From contig JACQFI010000070.1 of the NCBI GenBank assembly GCA_016200135.1, positions 8,356 to 72,355 on the forward strand: a stretch of 64,000 bases of DNA, in the 5' to 3' direction. Both the position numbers and the translations under genes were made by a program. This DNA is from Planctomycetota bacterium. Its GTDB lineage: Bacteria > Planctomycetota > SZUA-567 > H5-PLA8. The notes beneath the pieces were generated by a model that saw only the letters and a list, made by a program, of their open reading frames with translations, did no database searches and had not been told where the DNA came from. Position 1 is the stretch's first letter. Every line of letters begins with the position of its first letter. Of the stretch, positions 9,773-21,082 are shown in pieces.

Positions 9773-9967
9773 GTTTCGGGTTCCTGCGGACCATACCTTA
9801 GACGCAAGTGTATTACGGGAACAAGGTCACTTTTTTCAGGATCAAGTGCTGCACCCGTGCGTAATTTCGATATTCTTTATGCATTAAGGCCCTGCGTTCG
9901 CTTCGTCGGACAAGTGGCGCGTTCGCGCTACCTTTTCGTGTGGTTTGTGTGGTGATGAGGCCCCAAT

Positions 9968-12688
<2,721 letters not shown>

Positions 12689-12709
12689 TTTAGTTGAACG
12701 GCCGGCGCT

Positions 12710-13162
12710 TCAGGCCGAGATGCCCACCGAGAAGGTCTTGCACTTGAGGCTCTGGCGCACCGAGACGAGGTTGCGCGCCTGCAGTACGAGTTCGGTCAGG
12801 CCCTCGGTCTTGCGCAGACACGGCACGCTGGCCTTGCGGAGTTCGGCGATGACGGCCTCGTCGTCGTCGAAGGCCGTCACGATCAGTGTGGGTGTCAGGT
12901 CGTGCATCTGGCTGGCGGCGAGCACGAACTCCGGCCCGTTCATCTCCGGCATGCGGAAGTCCGAGATGATCAGGTCGGGCTCGAAGGTTTCCAGCGCTTC
13001 CAGGGCCTTCTTCGCGGAGGTGAAGCCGCGGAACTCCCAGCCGTCCTCGCGGAACATGTACTCGGCGAGCTTGACCGTCATGGGATTGTCGTCCACCAGC
13101 ACGACCTTGGGCCGGCCAGCGCCGCGCGGAACGGCGGGACGTAATCGAGTGGAACTTGCCAT
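12710..13162 (-). CDS. Single-domain response regulator (CheY-like receiver)
   Basis: VVLVDDNPMTVKLAEYMF...DLIISDFRMPEMNGPEF...LIVTAF carries the receiver Asp and Lys/Thr positions. The start is at MASSTRL; the ORF extends to 13228. Confidence 0.85.
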   Translation of the reverse strand: MASSTRLRPAVPRGAGRPKVVLVDDNPMTVKLAEYMFREDGWEFRGFTSAKKALEALETFEPDLIISDFRMPEMNGPEFVLAASQMHDLTPTLIVTAFDDDEAVIAELRKASVPCLRKTEGLTELVLQARNLVSVRQSLKCKTFSVGISA

Positions 13163-13339
13163 CGGCCCTACCCCCACAAGCGAATTGCTTTGCACGTAGT
13201 ACAATACCCTCTCATAGTTATTAATCAACCCAGCAGGCAGTTAATTTAAGATTAAACTATTTCATCTGTTACATGCACACGTGAAAACTATAATATGGGC
13301 TAATTTATGTGCTGCTTTGCGTATATTCTAAATAATAAA

Positions 13340-14170
13340 TTAGATGGTTTTTAGGTATCCTGAATCGGTGGGTTTCTGCTTTCGCCACTGGCCAGGAGGC
13401 TGCCCGAAGGTCTTGCGGAAGACCCGCACGAAGTAATTGGTGTCCGCGTACCCGACCTTTTGCGCGACCTCGTCGACGCTCAGGTAGGAATTCAGGAGCA
13501 GCTTGCGGGCGAGTTCCATGCGCAGGTTCTGGTGGTGCCGCAACGGCCCGCAACCGAAACGTTCGCGGAAGAGCGCGCTCAAGTGGCTGTAGCTGGTGTG
13601 GGCCGCGTGCGCGAGACGCTCGGCCGCAACGTGTACCGTAAGGTGTTCCTGCAGGAAAGCCTCCGCCCGCGCGAGGCTCGGGTGCAGGGCGTTCATCATG
13701 CGCGTCTGGTCTTCGAGCTTGGCCAGGCGCGTCAAAAGCGCAAAGAGGAGCGCGTCGGCGACGGGATCGGCCATGCGGCGATTACTGGCGCTGAGTTCGC
13801 AGAGGTCGTCCATCCACCTATGAAAAAGCGGGTCTTGCGCGAGATTCAGCGTGCGGGGCGCCTCGTCGAACTGGCTGCCGTCGTGGTCCAGGAGCAGGCA
13901 CTGGGTCTTCCAGCGCCCTATGCTGCGCTGATTGTGGGCGACTTTGCCAGGCAGGATATAGAGCGTGCCCGCCGGCCCATCCAGGCGCTTGCCCGCGACC
14001 TCGATCCATGTCACCCCGAGTCTTACGAAGACCAGCTCGGCGGTGTCGTGGGTATGGAAGTCGACCTGGCGATCGGCGTCGAAGGCGATGGCCGAGCGCA
14101 GCCGCGGGACGGGCTGCAGAGACACGCGCGGCGTGGCCGAAGTACGCGAAGCTGTAGCGGTTGGAGGCAT
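13340..14170 (-). CDS. AraC-family transcriptional regulator (N-terminal cupin-like ligand domain plus two HTH motifs)
   Basis: The C-terminal region LSVDEVAQKVGYADTNYFVRVFRKTFGQPPGQWR is the AraC signature. Confidence 0.85.
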   Translation of the reverse strand: MPPTATASRTSATPRVSLQPVPRLRSAIAFDADRQVDFHTHDTAELVFVRLGVTWIEVAGKRLDGPAGTLYILPGKVAHNQRSIGRWKTQCLLLDHDGSQFDEAPRTLNLAQDPLFHRWMDDLCELSASNRRMADPVADALLFALLTRLAKLEDQTRMMNALHPSLARAEAFLQEHLTVHVAAERLAHAAHTSYSHLSALFRERFGCGPLRHHQNLRMELARKLLLNSYLSVDEVAQKVGYADTNYFVRVFRKTFGQPPGQWRKQKPTDSGYLKTI

Positions 14171-14333
14171 GGCGCTTCCTGCGGCGAGATACGCACGATG
14201 CGCCTCGGCCTAAACCATCAAATCGTGCTATAAGATAATCAAAGCGTCTCTAGGTTCAAGCCTTTATCGGGAGTATATAGCTCGTGTGGTTCGACCGCGT
14301 GGCCCAGGCGTGCTCAACGGAGAACAGAGAATC

Positions 14334-15221
14334 ATGCTAACCGAACAAGAGGTCGGACAGTTCTGGGAGGACGGCTATCTGGTCATCAACGATATCTTGA
14401 GCACGGACGAGCTCGAAGAGATGCGCGCCGCCGCCGCCGACCCGGGCGTGATCCGCGGCTTGAAGGACCGCGGCGCCGACGAGCATTGCGTGCACTTCCT
14501 CGAGATCACCGCCAAGCACGAGGCTTTTAAGAAGCTGGCGCGGCATCCCGGCATCACGGGGCGGCTCGCCAAGCTGATCGGCGCGGACATCCAGCTCCAG
14601 CATTCCAAGCTTGCCACCAAGCCGGCCAAGAAAGGCGCGGGCGCGTTCGGCTGGCACCAGGACTTCGCTTACTTCCCGCATACCAACACGGACCTCGTGG
14701 CCGTGATGGTGATGCTCGACGACGCCACGCCCGAGAACGGCGGCATGTACGCGGTGCAGGGCAGCCACAAGCTTGGCCTGCTGAACCATATTCGCGACGG
14801 GTACTTTGCCGGGAGCTGCATGGAGCCCAAGCACTGGGAAGGACAACCCGAGAAGGTGGTCCCGCTGATGGCGCGCGCGGGCGGCATCAGCCTGCATCAC
14901 GCCTATACCTTGCACGGCTCGCCGCCGAACCGCTCGGGCGCGCCCCGGCGCGGCATCGTCTTTCAGTACCGCGCCGACGACGCGTACCAGCTCGCCGACC
15001 ACGTCTGGGTCGATACGGGCTACCAGGTCCTCGGGCAGAACCGCGGCCAGGTCCGCTGCGAGAACATGAAAGTGATCCTGCCCAAGTTCCGCGGGCGCGT
15101 GAACGAGCTCGGGCAGTGCTTCGGGAACGTGTACAAACAGATCGGCGAGTACGCCGTGCGCTGGAACAAGGAAGGCGTCCCGGCTGAGGCCGGCAAGGAA
15201 GCGGCGCTGGCGGTGAAGTAG
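14334..15221 (+). CDS. Phytanoyl-CoA dioxygenase (PhyH) family Fe(II)/2-oxoglutarate-dependent oxygenase
   Basis: GWHQDFAYFPH...D facial-triad context, plus C-terminal HG.P.N and R motifs typical of PhyH. Confidence 0.8.
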   Translation: MLTEQEVGQFWEDGYLVINDILSTDELEEMRAAAADPGVIRGLKDRGADEHCVHFLEITAKHEAFKKLARHPGITGRLAKLIGADIQLQHSKLATKPAKKGAGAFGWHQDFAYFPHTNTDLVAVMVMLDDATPENGGMYAVQGSHKLGLLNHIRDGYFAGSCMEPKHWEGQPEKVVPLMARAGGISLHHAYTLHGSPPNRSGAPRRGIVFQYRADDAYQLADHVWVDTGYQVLGQNRGQVRCENMKVILPKFRGRVNELGQCFGNVYKQIGEYAVRWNKEGVPAEAGKEAALAVK

Positions 15222-15331
15222 CGCAGGCTTCCAGCCTGCCCGTACCGCAGGCATCCTGCCTGCGCGTTTGCACGAGGACGCCGCCACGACCTGAGTGAGC
15301 GGGAGAAGAGGCAAGCATAAGGAGCGCATAC

Positions 15332-16249
15332 ATGGCAGGTGGCGACAAGGTTCCTCTGATCCTGGATACGGACATCGGCAGCGACATCGACGACGCGGTC
15401 TGCCTCGCGTATCTGCTGCGGCAGCCGCGCTGCGAGCTGCTGGGCATCACGACCGTCAGCGGCATGCCGCGGGAGCGCGCGGCGCTGGCCGATGCCGTCT
15501 GCCGCGCCGCGGGGCGTCGGGACGTGCCCGTGCATTCGGGCATCGACCAAGGTTTCATGCTCGGGACGGTGCAGCCGACTTGCGGACAGGCCGCGGTGCT
15601 GCCGAAGTTCGAACACCGCGCGCCGGCGGAGTTCAAGCCCTACACGGCGGTGAACTTCCTGCGCGAACAGATCCACGCGCGGCCGGGCGAGATCACGCTG
15701 CTGGCCATCGGTTCGATGACGAACCTGGGCGCGCTCTTCGCGCTCGACCCCGAGACGCCTAAGCTGCTGAAGCGGCTCGTGCTGATGTGCGGCGTCTTCA
15801 CCAACCGCCTTCCGGGGGTCGGGCCGCTCGAATGGAACGCGCTCTGCGATCCGATCGCGACCGCGCTCACCTACAAGGCGCCCGTCGCGGGGCACACCTC
15901 GATCGGCCTGGAAGTCACCTGCAAGTGCAAGCTGGAGTCCGACGAGTGCATCAAGCGTTTCCGCGAGGCCGGCGGCCCGCTGAACGTCGTCGCGGCGATG
16001 ACCGAAGTCTGGGCCTCGCACCGTGAGAAGGTGACCTTCCACGACCCGCTCGCCGCGACCGTGATCTTCAAGCCGGAGATCTGCGAGTACCAGGACGGCC
16101 AAGTGGACGTGGAACTCCTGAGCAACCGCGTGAAGGGCATGACCCACTGGAACCCCAAGGCCGACCCGAAGCCGCACCGCATCGCGATCGACGTGAACCC
16201 GGAGATGTTCTTCGAGCACTACTTCGGGACGGTCAAGTCTGGGAAGTGA
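15332..16249 (+). CDS. Inosine-uridine-preferring nucleoside hydrolase (IUNH family)
   Basis: N-terminal LILDTDIGSDIDDAVCLAYLL, matching the DxDxxxDD calcium/ribose-binding fingerprint. Length about 305 aa. Confidence 0.85.
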   Translation: MAGGDKVPLILDTDIGSDIDDAVCLAYLLRQPRCELLGITTVSGMPRERAALADAVCRAAGRRDVPVHSGIDQGFMLGTVQPTCGQAAVLPKFEHRAPAEFKPYTAVNFLREQIHARPGEITLLAIGSMTNLGALFALDPETPKLLKRLVLMCGVFTNRLPGVGPLEWNALCDPIATALTYKAPVAGHTSIGLEVTCKCKLESDECIKRFREAGGPLNVVAAMTEVWASHREKVTFHDPLAATVIFKPEICEYQDGQVDVELLSNRVKGMTHWNPKADPKPHRIAIDVNPEMFFEHYFGTVKSGK

Positions 16250-16261
16250 ACCTTTTTCCTG

Positions 16262-16475
16262 TCTGTTGCTTGCCACCAGATTTATCTGGTGGTTCCAGGT
16301 TCGCTCCGGAACCATTAGCCGGACTTCAGACGGCTTCCCGTTTGTGAGTTGGGCTGAAGCCCTCGGCGATGCCTGGCAAGCCGGCTTGAAGCCGGCTAAA
16401 GACCGAAAGTAGAGCCCGCCTCCACCAGCTAAAGCTGGTGGCAAGCAACATCTCGAATCCGGCTGAAGCCGGATA
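16262..16475. repeat. Cluster of REP-like palindromic hairpins (ccaccagatttatctggtgg, ggttcc..ggaacc, gccggcttgaagccggc, ccaccagctaaagctggtgg, atccggctgaagccggat) enclosed by a long-range helix tgttgcttgccacc / ggtggcaagcaaca
   Basis: Read directly. It lies between convergent gene ends at 16249 (+) and 16556 (-). Hairpin types recur at 20173..20404 and 33149..33182. Confidence 0.7.
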
Positions 16476-16519
16476 AATTCCTGTGATGCCTTCCTCCATC
16501 TAACCGTCAGCCGGTGTAG

Positions 16520-16561
16520 TTCACGCTTCACGCTTCACGCTTCACGCTTCACGCTTCACGC
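16520..16561. repeat. Heptanucleotide microsatellite (TTCACGC) x6 spanning the stop codon of the heparinase-like gene
   Basis: Direct reading: ttcacgc repeated from 16520 to 16561, with a degenerate seventh unit. Confidence 0.9.
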
Positions 16562-18775
16562 TCCACGAGCCTTCGGCACGCGTTCCGGCGCGGGCGCGGT
16601 GTTGTGCGCTTCCTCGCCCTGGAAATGGTACTCGGCCTCGAGCGGGCCTGCGGCGCGGAAGCGCGCGCTGGCCCAAGGGAGCCACGCGCCGTGGGACTTG
16701 CGGAAGATGCGCAAGCCCACGATGCCGTCCTCGACGCGCGCGGCGCAGCGGATGACGTCGCGCGCGGGTTGCTCGCGCTTCAGCCCGGCATGAATCACGG
16801 TCAGGAAGCAGTCGCGCACGGCTTGCGCCTTGGGCGAGACCTCGATGCGCCACGCGCCGGTCTCGGCTTGGCCTTTGGGCGCGGGATAGTTCACACCTTT
16901 TACACCGGAAGCCGCGTTCACGACGGCGTGGTCCACCCAGCTTTCGAAGCCCTTGCACCCGACAGCGCGGACCTTGCGCGCGAGCGGTAGCAGCGGCCAG
17001 ACGGTCATCCGGCCGCGCTCGTGAGCGAACTCGAAGGGGCCTTCCGGCGGCAGCGCGTGGATGCCGCGCGCGGCGGCGCGCTTGCGGCCGTTCGCGAAGT
17101 ACGCGGGCGCGCCCATGCTGTGCAGCAGCCACGTCTTCTCGAAGCGCGCGCGAGTGGCCTCGACGCGGTCGAAGACGACGAGCAGGTCCGGCTTGAGGAA
17201 GAGCATCTGCCGCACGCACTCTTCGACGCGCCGCGCGGGGTTGTCGCCGACACCCAACCAAGGATAGGTGTAGGCGCGCGTGGCGTCGCCGGCCAGGTAG
17301 TCGGCCTTCGCGCCGGGCGCAAAGGCGGCGTAGTGCCCCATGTCGAACTCGTCGGCGAAGCGCGCGCGCCGTTCTTCGCACAAGACCGCGTGCGGCGCCC
17401 CGGTGAACCGGTTGGGCGGCGCGTAGGCGTTGACCACGAGCCGCTGGCCGCCGTCGTTAACGGTCTTGAGCCCGTGCTTGCCGAGCCAGTGCGGCTCCGC
17501 CGGATCGCGCACGAGGATCGCGTTGTGGGCCAGCGTGCGCATGGCGTACTCGGGGCGATGCGGCGTGGTGTAGTCGATGCCGCCCGAATCGATGGCGAGC
17601 GCGCCGCCGCGGTAGATGGTGAACGAGTTGTGATCGAGGTGGTTGTGCCAGCCGCCGTGCCGCCCGCAGCGGAAGGTGACGACGGTCCCGTCTTCCTTCC
17701 ACGAGGAGCGCAGTACGGCGATGGGATCGTGGAGCACGGACAGCGGCTGCGCGCGCAAGGCTTGCAGGCCGCGCCGGTCCGGACCTTTTCCGCCGGGCAT
17801 CGAGTCGTGGTTCGCGTGCAGCAGCAGATGGATAGGGTAGGGGCCTTCCGCCGACTGCCCGTAGGCGCGCAGGAACGCGGCGAACTCCGGGCGCGGCGTG
17901 CGCGCGTGCAGATGCAGCAGGATGTTGGCGACGCGTGTGCCGCGGGTGGTGGAGAACGTCGTGCTGTCGCCGAGGACGAGGTTGCAGCCGTCGGGGCGCA
18001 TGAAGTGGAGCAGGCTCGTGCCGGCGAGAACGAGTTCCGGCCAGACGAGGTTCGGTCTGTTCCGCTGCTGGGGCCGCGTCGCGGAACTCCAGAACGAGCC
18101 CATCTTCACCAGGTCCCAGCCGTCCACGCTGTGGTACGCGCCGGTGGCTTCCGTGTGCCCGGCGAAGCCGGCGCCGCCGCCCGAGCGCAGGGCGGCATCG
18201 AGGCAGCGGACGGTCTTCGGCAGCTTGTAGGCGTCCTGGAGGAACATCTCGTCGCAGGTGAGCCCCGTGAAATGCAGCGCGTGCAGCGTGCGCAGCAGCG
18301 CGCCGTCTTCGAGCTTCGGGTGGTCGAGGCCCACGGCGAGTGCGCCCGCGAGCGCGCCCGCTTGCAGGCCGAGACTGTAGTTGTGCCAGTCGTCGACGAT
18401 GTAGACGCGCAGGGCTTCATCCAGGGCGCGGCGGGCGCAGTAGAGCGCCGCGCGAGCGGCGTGTTCTTCCAGGTCTTTGCGGCGCCAGTAATCGTGGAGC
18501 CAGTCGTAAAGGACCGCGGCGGCCTCGGCGACGACGCCCCAGGTGTCGTAGCCGGTGGGCTTCTCGTGGGCGCAGTATTCGAGCGCTTCGAGCAGCCAGC
18601 GCGCGGCGCGGCCGTAGCGATCGGCGCCCGTAAGCCGCCACGCCTGGCCGAGCGCGAGCGCGTTGTATTCGGGGTTGGTGGTCAGACCGCCGCGCACCGC
18701 GGCGGACGAGGCGATGTGAGGCTCGAGTTTCTTGAGCAGCAGCGCGCGGTAGCGTCTGCGCGGGCCCTGGCTCAT
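16556..18775 (-). CDS. Heparinase II/III-like (alginate-lyase superfamily) polysaccharide lyase family protein
   Basis: Large alpha/alpha-toroid plus beta-sandwich pattern. The WHNHLDHNSF and NAY..PN motifs are typical of the Hepar_II_III family. The ORF extends to 18991, but that would overlap the upstream gene. A start at MSQGPRRRY (about 18775) is likely; the start is uncertain. Confidence 0.65.
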   Translation of the reverse strand: MSQGPRRRYRALLLKKLEPHIASSAAVRGGLTTNPEYNALALGQAWRLTGADRYGRAARWLLEALEYCAHEKPTGYDTWGVVAEAAAVLYDWLHDYWRRKDLEEHAARAALYCARRALDEALRVYIVDDWHNYSLGLQAGALAGALAVGLDHPKLEDGALLRTLHALHFTGLTCDEMFLQDAYKLPKTVRCLDAALRSGGGAGFAGHTEATGAYHSVDGWDLVKMGSFWSSATRPQQRNRPNLVWPELVLAGTSLLHFMRPDGCNLVLGDSTTFSTTRGTRVANILLHLHARTPRPEFAAFLRAYGQSAEGPYPIHLLLHANHDSMPGGKGPDRRGLQALRAQPLSVLHDPIAVLRSSWKEDGTVVTFRCGRHGGWHNHLDHNSFTIYRGGALAIDSGGIDYTTPHRPEYAMRTLAHNAILVRDPAEPHWLGKHGLKTVNDGGQRLVVNAYAPPNRFTGAPHAVLCEERRARFADEFDMGHYAAFAPGAKADYLAGDATRAYTYPWLGVGDNPARRVEECVRQMLFLKPDLLVVFDRVEATRARFEKTWLLHSMGAPAYFANGRKRAAARGIHALPPEGPFEFAHERGRMTVWPLLPLARKVRAVGCKGFESWVDHAVVNAASGVKGVNYPAPKGQAETGAWRIEVSPKAQAVRDCFLTVIHAGLKREQPARDVIRCAARVEDGIVGLRIFRKSHGAWLPWASARFRAAGPLEAEYHFQGEEAHNTAPAPERVPKARGA

Positions 18776-18866
18776 TTTTCGGAACGCCGGCAGTTCGCGC
18801 GAGGTGAGGTAGAGACGCGGATGTCCTGCGGTGATTTGCGGGATCAAGGGATCTCCGGGAGCGGGT

Positions 18867-19559
18867 TCAGGCGTAGCGGTCTTCGCGCCACGGATGCGCG
18901 GTATTCGAGTAGCCGCGCACTTCCCAGTAGCCGGGCTTGTCGCGCGTGAGGAACTCGATGCGCCGGATCCATTTCGCGCCCTTCCACGCATAAAGCTGCG
19001 GCGTGATCATGCGCACGGGCCCGCCGTGTTCGCGCGGCAGCGGCTTGCCGTCGGCCGTGTGGACGAGCAGGACATCCGGCTTCAGCGCCTCTTCGAGCGG
19101 CACGTTGGTCGTGTAGCTGTCGTACGCGTGGCAGAGAACGTGGGTGGCCTCGGCCTTGGGCACGGCGACCGCCGCGAGGTCCGCGAAACGCACGCCCTTC
19201 CACGGCACGTCGAAGCGCGACCACGTGGTGACGCAGTGGAAGTCGCTCACGTCCTCGCTCTGTTCGAGTTCGAGGAAGTCGTCCCAGCGCAACTTGAGCG
19301 GGTGCTCGACCGCGCCATCCACGACGAGCTCCCAGTTTTCCTTCTGGATCTCAGGCTGCCAGCCGAGATCGAGCACGGGCCAGCCTTTGGTCTCGTGCTG
19401 GCCCTGCGGAAGCTGGGGCATGCCGTGCCGGTTCGCGGGCCCGCTACCGAGCGGCGTGCCGTCGGCCAGCGCGGGCGTCGCGCGCATGCGCTTCTCGAAA
19501 CGCGCTTTCAATGCCATGCGCGCCTCGACGATGCGTTCTTCTTTGGTCTTGTTCGACAT
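18867..19559 (-). CDS. Molybdopterin-dependent oxidoreductase, sulfite-oxidase-like catalytic domain (YedY/MsrP-like, no signal peptide)
   Basis: Conserved sulfite-oxidase-fold Cys region and the C-terminal PGYWEVRGYSNTAHPW motif. The start is at MSNKTKEER. Confidence 0.7.
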   Translation of the reverse strand: MSNKTKEERIVEARMALKARFEKRMRATPALADGTPLGSGPANRHGMPQLPQGQHETKGWPVLDLGWQPEIQKENWELVVDGAVEHPLKLRWDDFLELEQSEDVSDFHCVTTWSRFDVPWKGVRFADLAAVAVPKAEATHVLCHAYDSYTTNVPLEEALKPDVLLVHTADGKPLPREHGGPVRMITPQLYAWKGAKWIRRIEFLTRDKPGYWEVRGYSNTAHPWREDRYA

Positions 19560-19879
19560 GGCATGCCTCGCGGCCAAGTCCCAAAGTATAGGACGTGGCC
19601 CGCAAACCGCCAAGCGGCAACAAGGCCCTGCGGGGAACTCGGCTATGTCAATTCAGCGTAGGGTTCTGGGTGGCCGCTCTCCTTTATTGGGCTGAGTGCT
19701 GAGGAAAGGCACCAGCCGGCATTTTCGAAAAAAGTCTGCACCAGTTGAACTGAGAGGCTCGGGTCTCGGCCTCCCGCACGGTAGCTCCCGCGCCACGGGT
19801 CCAAGTCCGAGGCCGTTGGAGGGACTGCAAGCGCGAGCGCCGCCCAGCGCCCGCGAATTTCGATGGCGTTCTTCGCGTA

Positions 19880-20118
19880 AAAATGAGCACCATGTGAACG
19901 GAAAATCCGAAATTCGAAGCACGAAATCCGAAAGAACGGGGACGGATTGTCCACGAAGTTGCACGAATCGGCACGAAGAACGGCAAATCGAATCTGATTT
20001 CTTGAAAAAAGATGCACGGGGTGAACTGCGAATCTGAAATTCGAAGTGCGAAATCCGAAACAAACGGCATGGCAACACGACGAAAACCGAAAAAAAGATG
20101 CACTTGATGCGCACGAGT
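19880..20118. repeat. Imperfect tandem repeats of about 125 bp (two full units and one partial) rich in a CACGAAnnCG submotif, inside a 1.5 kb non-coding island
   Basis: Units at 19880..19940 and 20005..20067 are about 80% identical. A partial third unit lies at 20091..20118. Confidence 0.7.
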
Positions 20119-20172
20119 CCGTGCTGTTAGCCCCGTGGAACGGGGCTTCGCCGAGGCCCGGCTTGACGGGCC

Positions 20173-20404
20173 GAGCATAGCCCCCGGCTTTCAGCCGGGG
20201 GAGGGCGGGCGCACTGCCGATTATTTTATCCCGATTTATCGGGATTAATTCGGGAGTCACGGAGTTTACTCCAAGCCGATTTAACCCTCGTAAACGAGGG
20301 TGAAATACGAACAACAATACGCCACCAGACCCCCGGCTAAAAGCCGGGGGCTATGCTCGTCCCGCTTGCGCGGAACTCGGCGAAGTCCCGATTTCATCGG
20401 GACT
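20173..20404. repeat. Hairpin cluster: cccccggctttcagccggggg, atcccgatttatcgggat, accctcgtaaacgagggt, cccccggctaaaagccggggg, agtcccgatttcatcgggact. Flanking gagcatag / ctatgctc arms can close a multi-branch structure.
   Basis: Read directly. It uses the same two hairpin types as the 16262..16475 cluster. Confidence 0.7.
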
Positions 20405-20991
20405 CACTGCTAGAATGGAGCGGCTGCGCCGGGCATTCATGGGCGGGCACGGAGGCCCGCCCCACCGATCTGGCGGCTGCTCACTTGGCGTGACTTGGCG
20501 TCGCAGGGCACGGGGCAAGCACCGGCCCCTCACCCCCTGCCCCCTCTCCCTCAAAGGGGAGAGGGGAACGACGACGCGGCTGCGCCGGGTTCATTTGCTC
20601 TGGTTTTGGGTTGAGAATGACCTCGGGTTGCGGCGGCGTGGTTAGGAGCGCCCATAGGGAATCACGCGACCGCTAGTAGGAACAGTAACCTATAAAGGAG
20701 CCCTGTCAAGGGGTGACCTATTTTCGATTTTCGATTTTGGATTTCCGATTGAACGGCAGGGGGATGCCGATGGACAAGGGGGCGGTGGCGCGCAGCGCGA
20801 GCCACGCGAATGGCGCGCGGGCGGATGGTAAGGAGCGGTGGGCGGGGTTTAGCGCGCCCTGTCAGGGCTTGGACTTCGGGTGGGGCGCGGTCCAGGGGCT
20901 GCGTCCCGATGAATCGGGACTCCACCCCTGGCTATTTCCGCGCGCGCCTGTAGCGCTAACGGCGGAGACGAAGCGTGGATTCACGCGAGCT

Positions 20992-21022
20992 AAAAAATAC
21001 GGGCCGCCATTCGGCGGCCCGT
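20992..21022 (-). terminator. Rho-independent terminator of dnaK (hairpin gggccgccgaatggcggccc followed by a T-run on the minus strand)
   Basis: The plus strand reads aaaaaatacgggccgccattcggcggcccg, about 60 bp downstream of the dnaK stop. Confidence 0.7.
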
Positions 21023-21082
21023 TTCGTTCCACTGCTCTTGTGCCGTACTCCGTGTCTCAGCGCCTCCGCGGTGAAAGAAGGC

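Noticed and set aside
7565-9955. 796-aa ORF on the plus strand, antisense to the first Ser/Thr kinase. Similar long antisense ORFs lie at 10106..11464, 17021..18949, 20975..23083, 24990..26585, 35495..38419, 39713..41065, 50346..51974 and elsewhere.
   Set aside because: These are typical stop-codon-poor shadows of real genes in high-GC DNA. They have Arg/Ala/Gly-rich low-complexity translations, no motifs, and overlap strongly supported genes completely.
15020-16531. 503-aa minus-strand ORF spanning the nucleoside hydrolase gene and the hairpin cluster
   Set aside because: It is antisense to a well-supported gene. Its N-terminus is a translation of palindromic REP-like DNA.
19880-20118. Possible CRISPR array, because of direct repeats
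   Set aside because: The repeats are long (about 125 bp), imperfect and contiguous. There are no unique spacers of regular length and no cas genes in the window.
19643-20925. Several 60-220-aa ORFs inside the non-coding island
   Set aside because: They are driven by repeats, overlap each other in multiple frames, and have low-complexity Arg/Pro/Ser-rich translations.
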